From Candidatus Eutrophovita brisbanensis (lineage in GTDB: Bacteria > Pseudomonadota > Gammaproteobacteria > Burkholderiales > Eutrophovitaceae), in the NCBI GenBank assembly GCA_038147395.1, contig JAYQTM010000001.1, positions 321,437 to 385,436 of the forward strand: a DNA stretch of 64,000 bases. Reading direction: 5' to 3'. The notes under the pieces were generated by a model. The model worked only from the letters and a program-made list of their open reading frames with translations. It made no database searches and was not told where the DNA came from. The position numbers and the translations under genes were made by a program. This document shows positions 62,881 through 64,000 of the stretch, piece after piece (within the stretch, counting starts at the first letter, position 1; every line of letters starts with the position of its first letter).

Positions 62881-64000
62881 GTGGTTTCCTCGTCCGACAT
62901 AAATCCTCTCGAAGATTTTAGCGCTCTACCTCGTTTTTCCGATATCGAACCATCAATAATCAAGCCCGCAGTGGACTCATTATTGAGCGATGCGAAATCC
63001 TCCATCGATAAAGTTGTGTCTTCGAGTGCATTGTCGTGGGAGGATACGGTGCTCCCTATTACGGCTTCGGTAGATCGTTTGTCTCGTGCTTGGGGGCAAG
63101 TGAGCCACCTGAACGCGGTATCGAGCACCCCGGAACTTCGGTCAATATTCAATGAAATTTTGCCATCAGTTACAGAGTTCTACACGATGTTGTCTCAGAA
63201 TAAAGATTTGTACAATAAACTACTCGTCTTGCGGCAAAGCGACGAGTACGAGAAGTTGTCTGAGGAGCAACGCAAGGTTCTTGAAAATGAATTGAGGGAC
63301 TATCAGCTCAGTGGTGTCGGCCTAGACGTCGAAAAACAGAGAGACTATAAGGAGTTGTCAAAGGAGCTTGCAGCTCAGTCGGCTAAATTCAGCGACAATG
63401 TTCTGGATGCCACCGATGCGTATCAGCTTCACGTGCCCGATGAAGAGCGCCTTTCCGGTTTGTCGGAAGCGCATTTATCAGATGCAAAAGACAGGGCTGA
63501 CAAGAAGAATTTGCCTGGGTGGGTCTTTAATCTCCAGGCCCCATCTTGGATTCCATTTATGGAAAGCTGTGACGATCGCGAGCTAAGAGAAGAGATGTAT
63601 CGAGCGTACGTCACCCGTGCATCTGCAAAGGGAGATCCCGCTTTTGATAACTCCGAACAAATTATTTCAATTCTTCGAGCCCGATCCCGTAAAGCTGAGT
63701 TACTTGGTTTTGAAACGTTTGCGGATCTGTCGTTCGCTACGAAGATGGCATCAGGCCCAAAGGATGCAATTTCACTGTTAAACGAATTGTCTCGGAAAGC
63801 GAAACCTTTCGCGGATAAAGAGCTGTCTGACCTTAAAGAGTATGCGAAGGAGCGATTACAAATCTCAGATCTAAAGCCTTGGGATGTGAGCTATGTTGCT
63901 CAAAAAGTTAAGGAGGAGCGCTACTCGTTTAAGGACGAAGATTTACGACCATATTTTCCTGTGAGCAAAGTGATGGGGGGGCTATTTGAGCTTTTGCATC
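62881..64000 (+). CDS. prlC: Oligopeptidase A (M3), N-terminal part; runs off the window
   Basis: GTG 62881 opens a frame to the window end. Sequence NPLEDFSALPRFSDIEPSIIKPAVDSLL...RAWGQVSHLNAVSSTPELR is a typical PrlC N-terminus. Absent from the ORF track because no stop lies in the window. Confidence 0.85.
   Translation, partial: MVSSSDINPLEDFSALPRFSDIEPSIIKPAVDSLLSDAKSSIDKVVSSSALSWEDTVLPITASVDRLSRAWGQVSHLNAVSSTPELRSIFNEILPSVTEFYTMLSQNKDLYNKLLVLRQSDEYEKLSEEQRKVLENELRDYQLSGVGLDVEKQRDYKELSKELAAQSAKFSDNVLDATDAYQLHVPDEERLSGLSEAHLSDAKDRADKKNLPGWVFNLQAPSWIPFMESCDDRELREEMYRAYVTRASAKGDPAFDNSEQIISILRARSRKAELLGFETFADLSFATKMASGPKDAISLLNELSRKAKPFADKELSDLKEYAKERLQISDLKPWDVSYVAQKVKEERYSFKDEDLRPYFPVSKVMGGLFELLH

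Noticed and set aside
62823-63152. 109-aa minus-strand ORF listed in the track
   Set aside because: The plus strand here encodes the clearly recognisable N-terminus of oligopeptidase A, which is open to the window end and so absent from the track. The minus ORF is a shadow.

Overview
This 64 kb window is proteobacterial chromosome, densely packed with housekeeping genes. The gene order looks betaproteobacterial (inference from synteny). Supporting blocks are a lipoyl-domain Lpd, gshB beside a permease-less EIIA-Man/HPr/EI relay, and a sigma54/NtrC-type glnK-amtB. Further blocks are glyQS-gmhB-plsC-lptM-lysA, lnt-corC-ybeY-ybeZ-miaB, rpe-gph-trpEGDC, valS-holC-pepA facing lptFG, and ruvX-pyrR-pyrB-pyrC'. 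By eye the GC content is roughly 45-48%. I can support about 62 protein genes and one tRNA (anticodon CAT). I saw no rRNA, CRISPR array, IS element, integrase or phage gene, and I found no convincing new multi-gene system. The most striking signal is at least eight reading-frame breaks confined to five easily recognised genes: ptsI, miaB, valS, lptG and an outer-membrane porin with four or more breaks. Several breaks sit in homopolymer runs. Because valS and lptG are essential, most are probably base-calling or assembly indels, but the porin is disproportionately hit and may be truly decaying. Three accessory-looking loci deserve follow-up. The first is two tandem secreted HEXXH gluzincin paralogs with an amidase and an unknown secreted protein (18.3-23.6 kb). 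The second is a convergent pair of FkbM-type methyltransferases on the 3' side of the tRNA (39.4-41.0 kb). The third is a structured leader whose intrinsic terminator ends about 10 nt before the metH start codon. All functional calls come from motifs and synteny read by eye; no database search was run.
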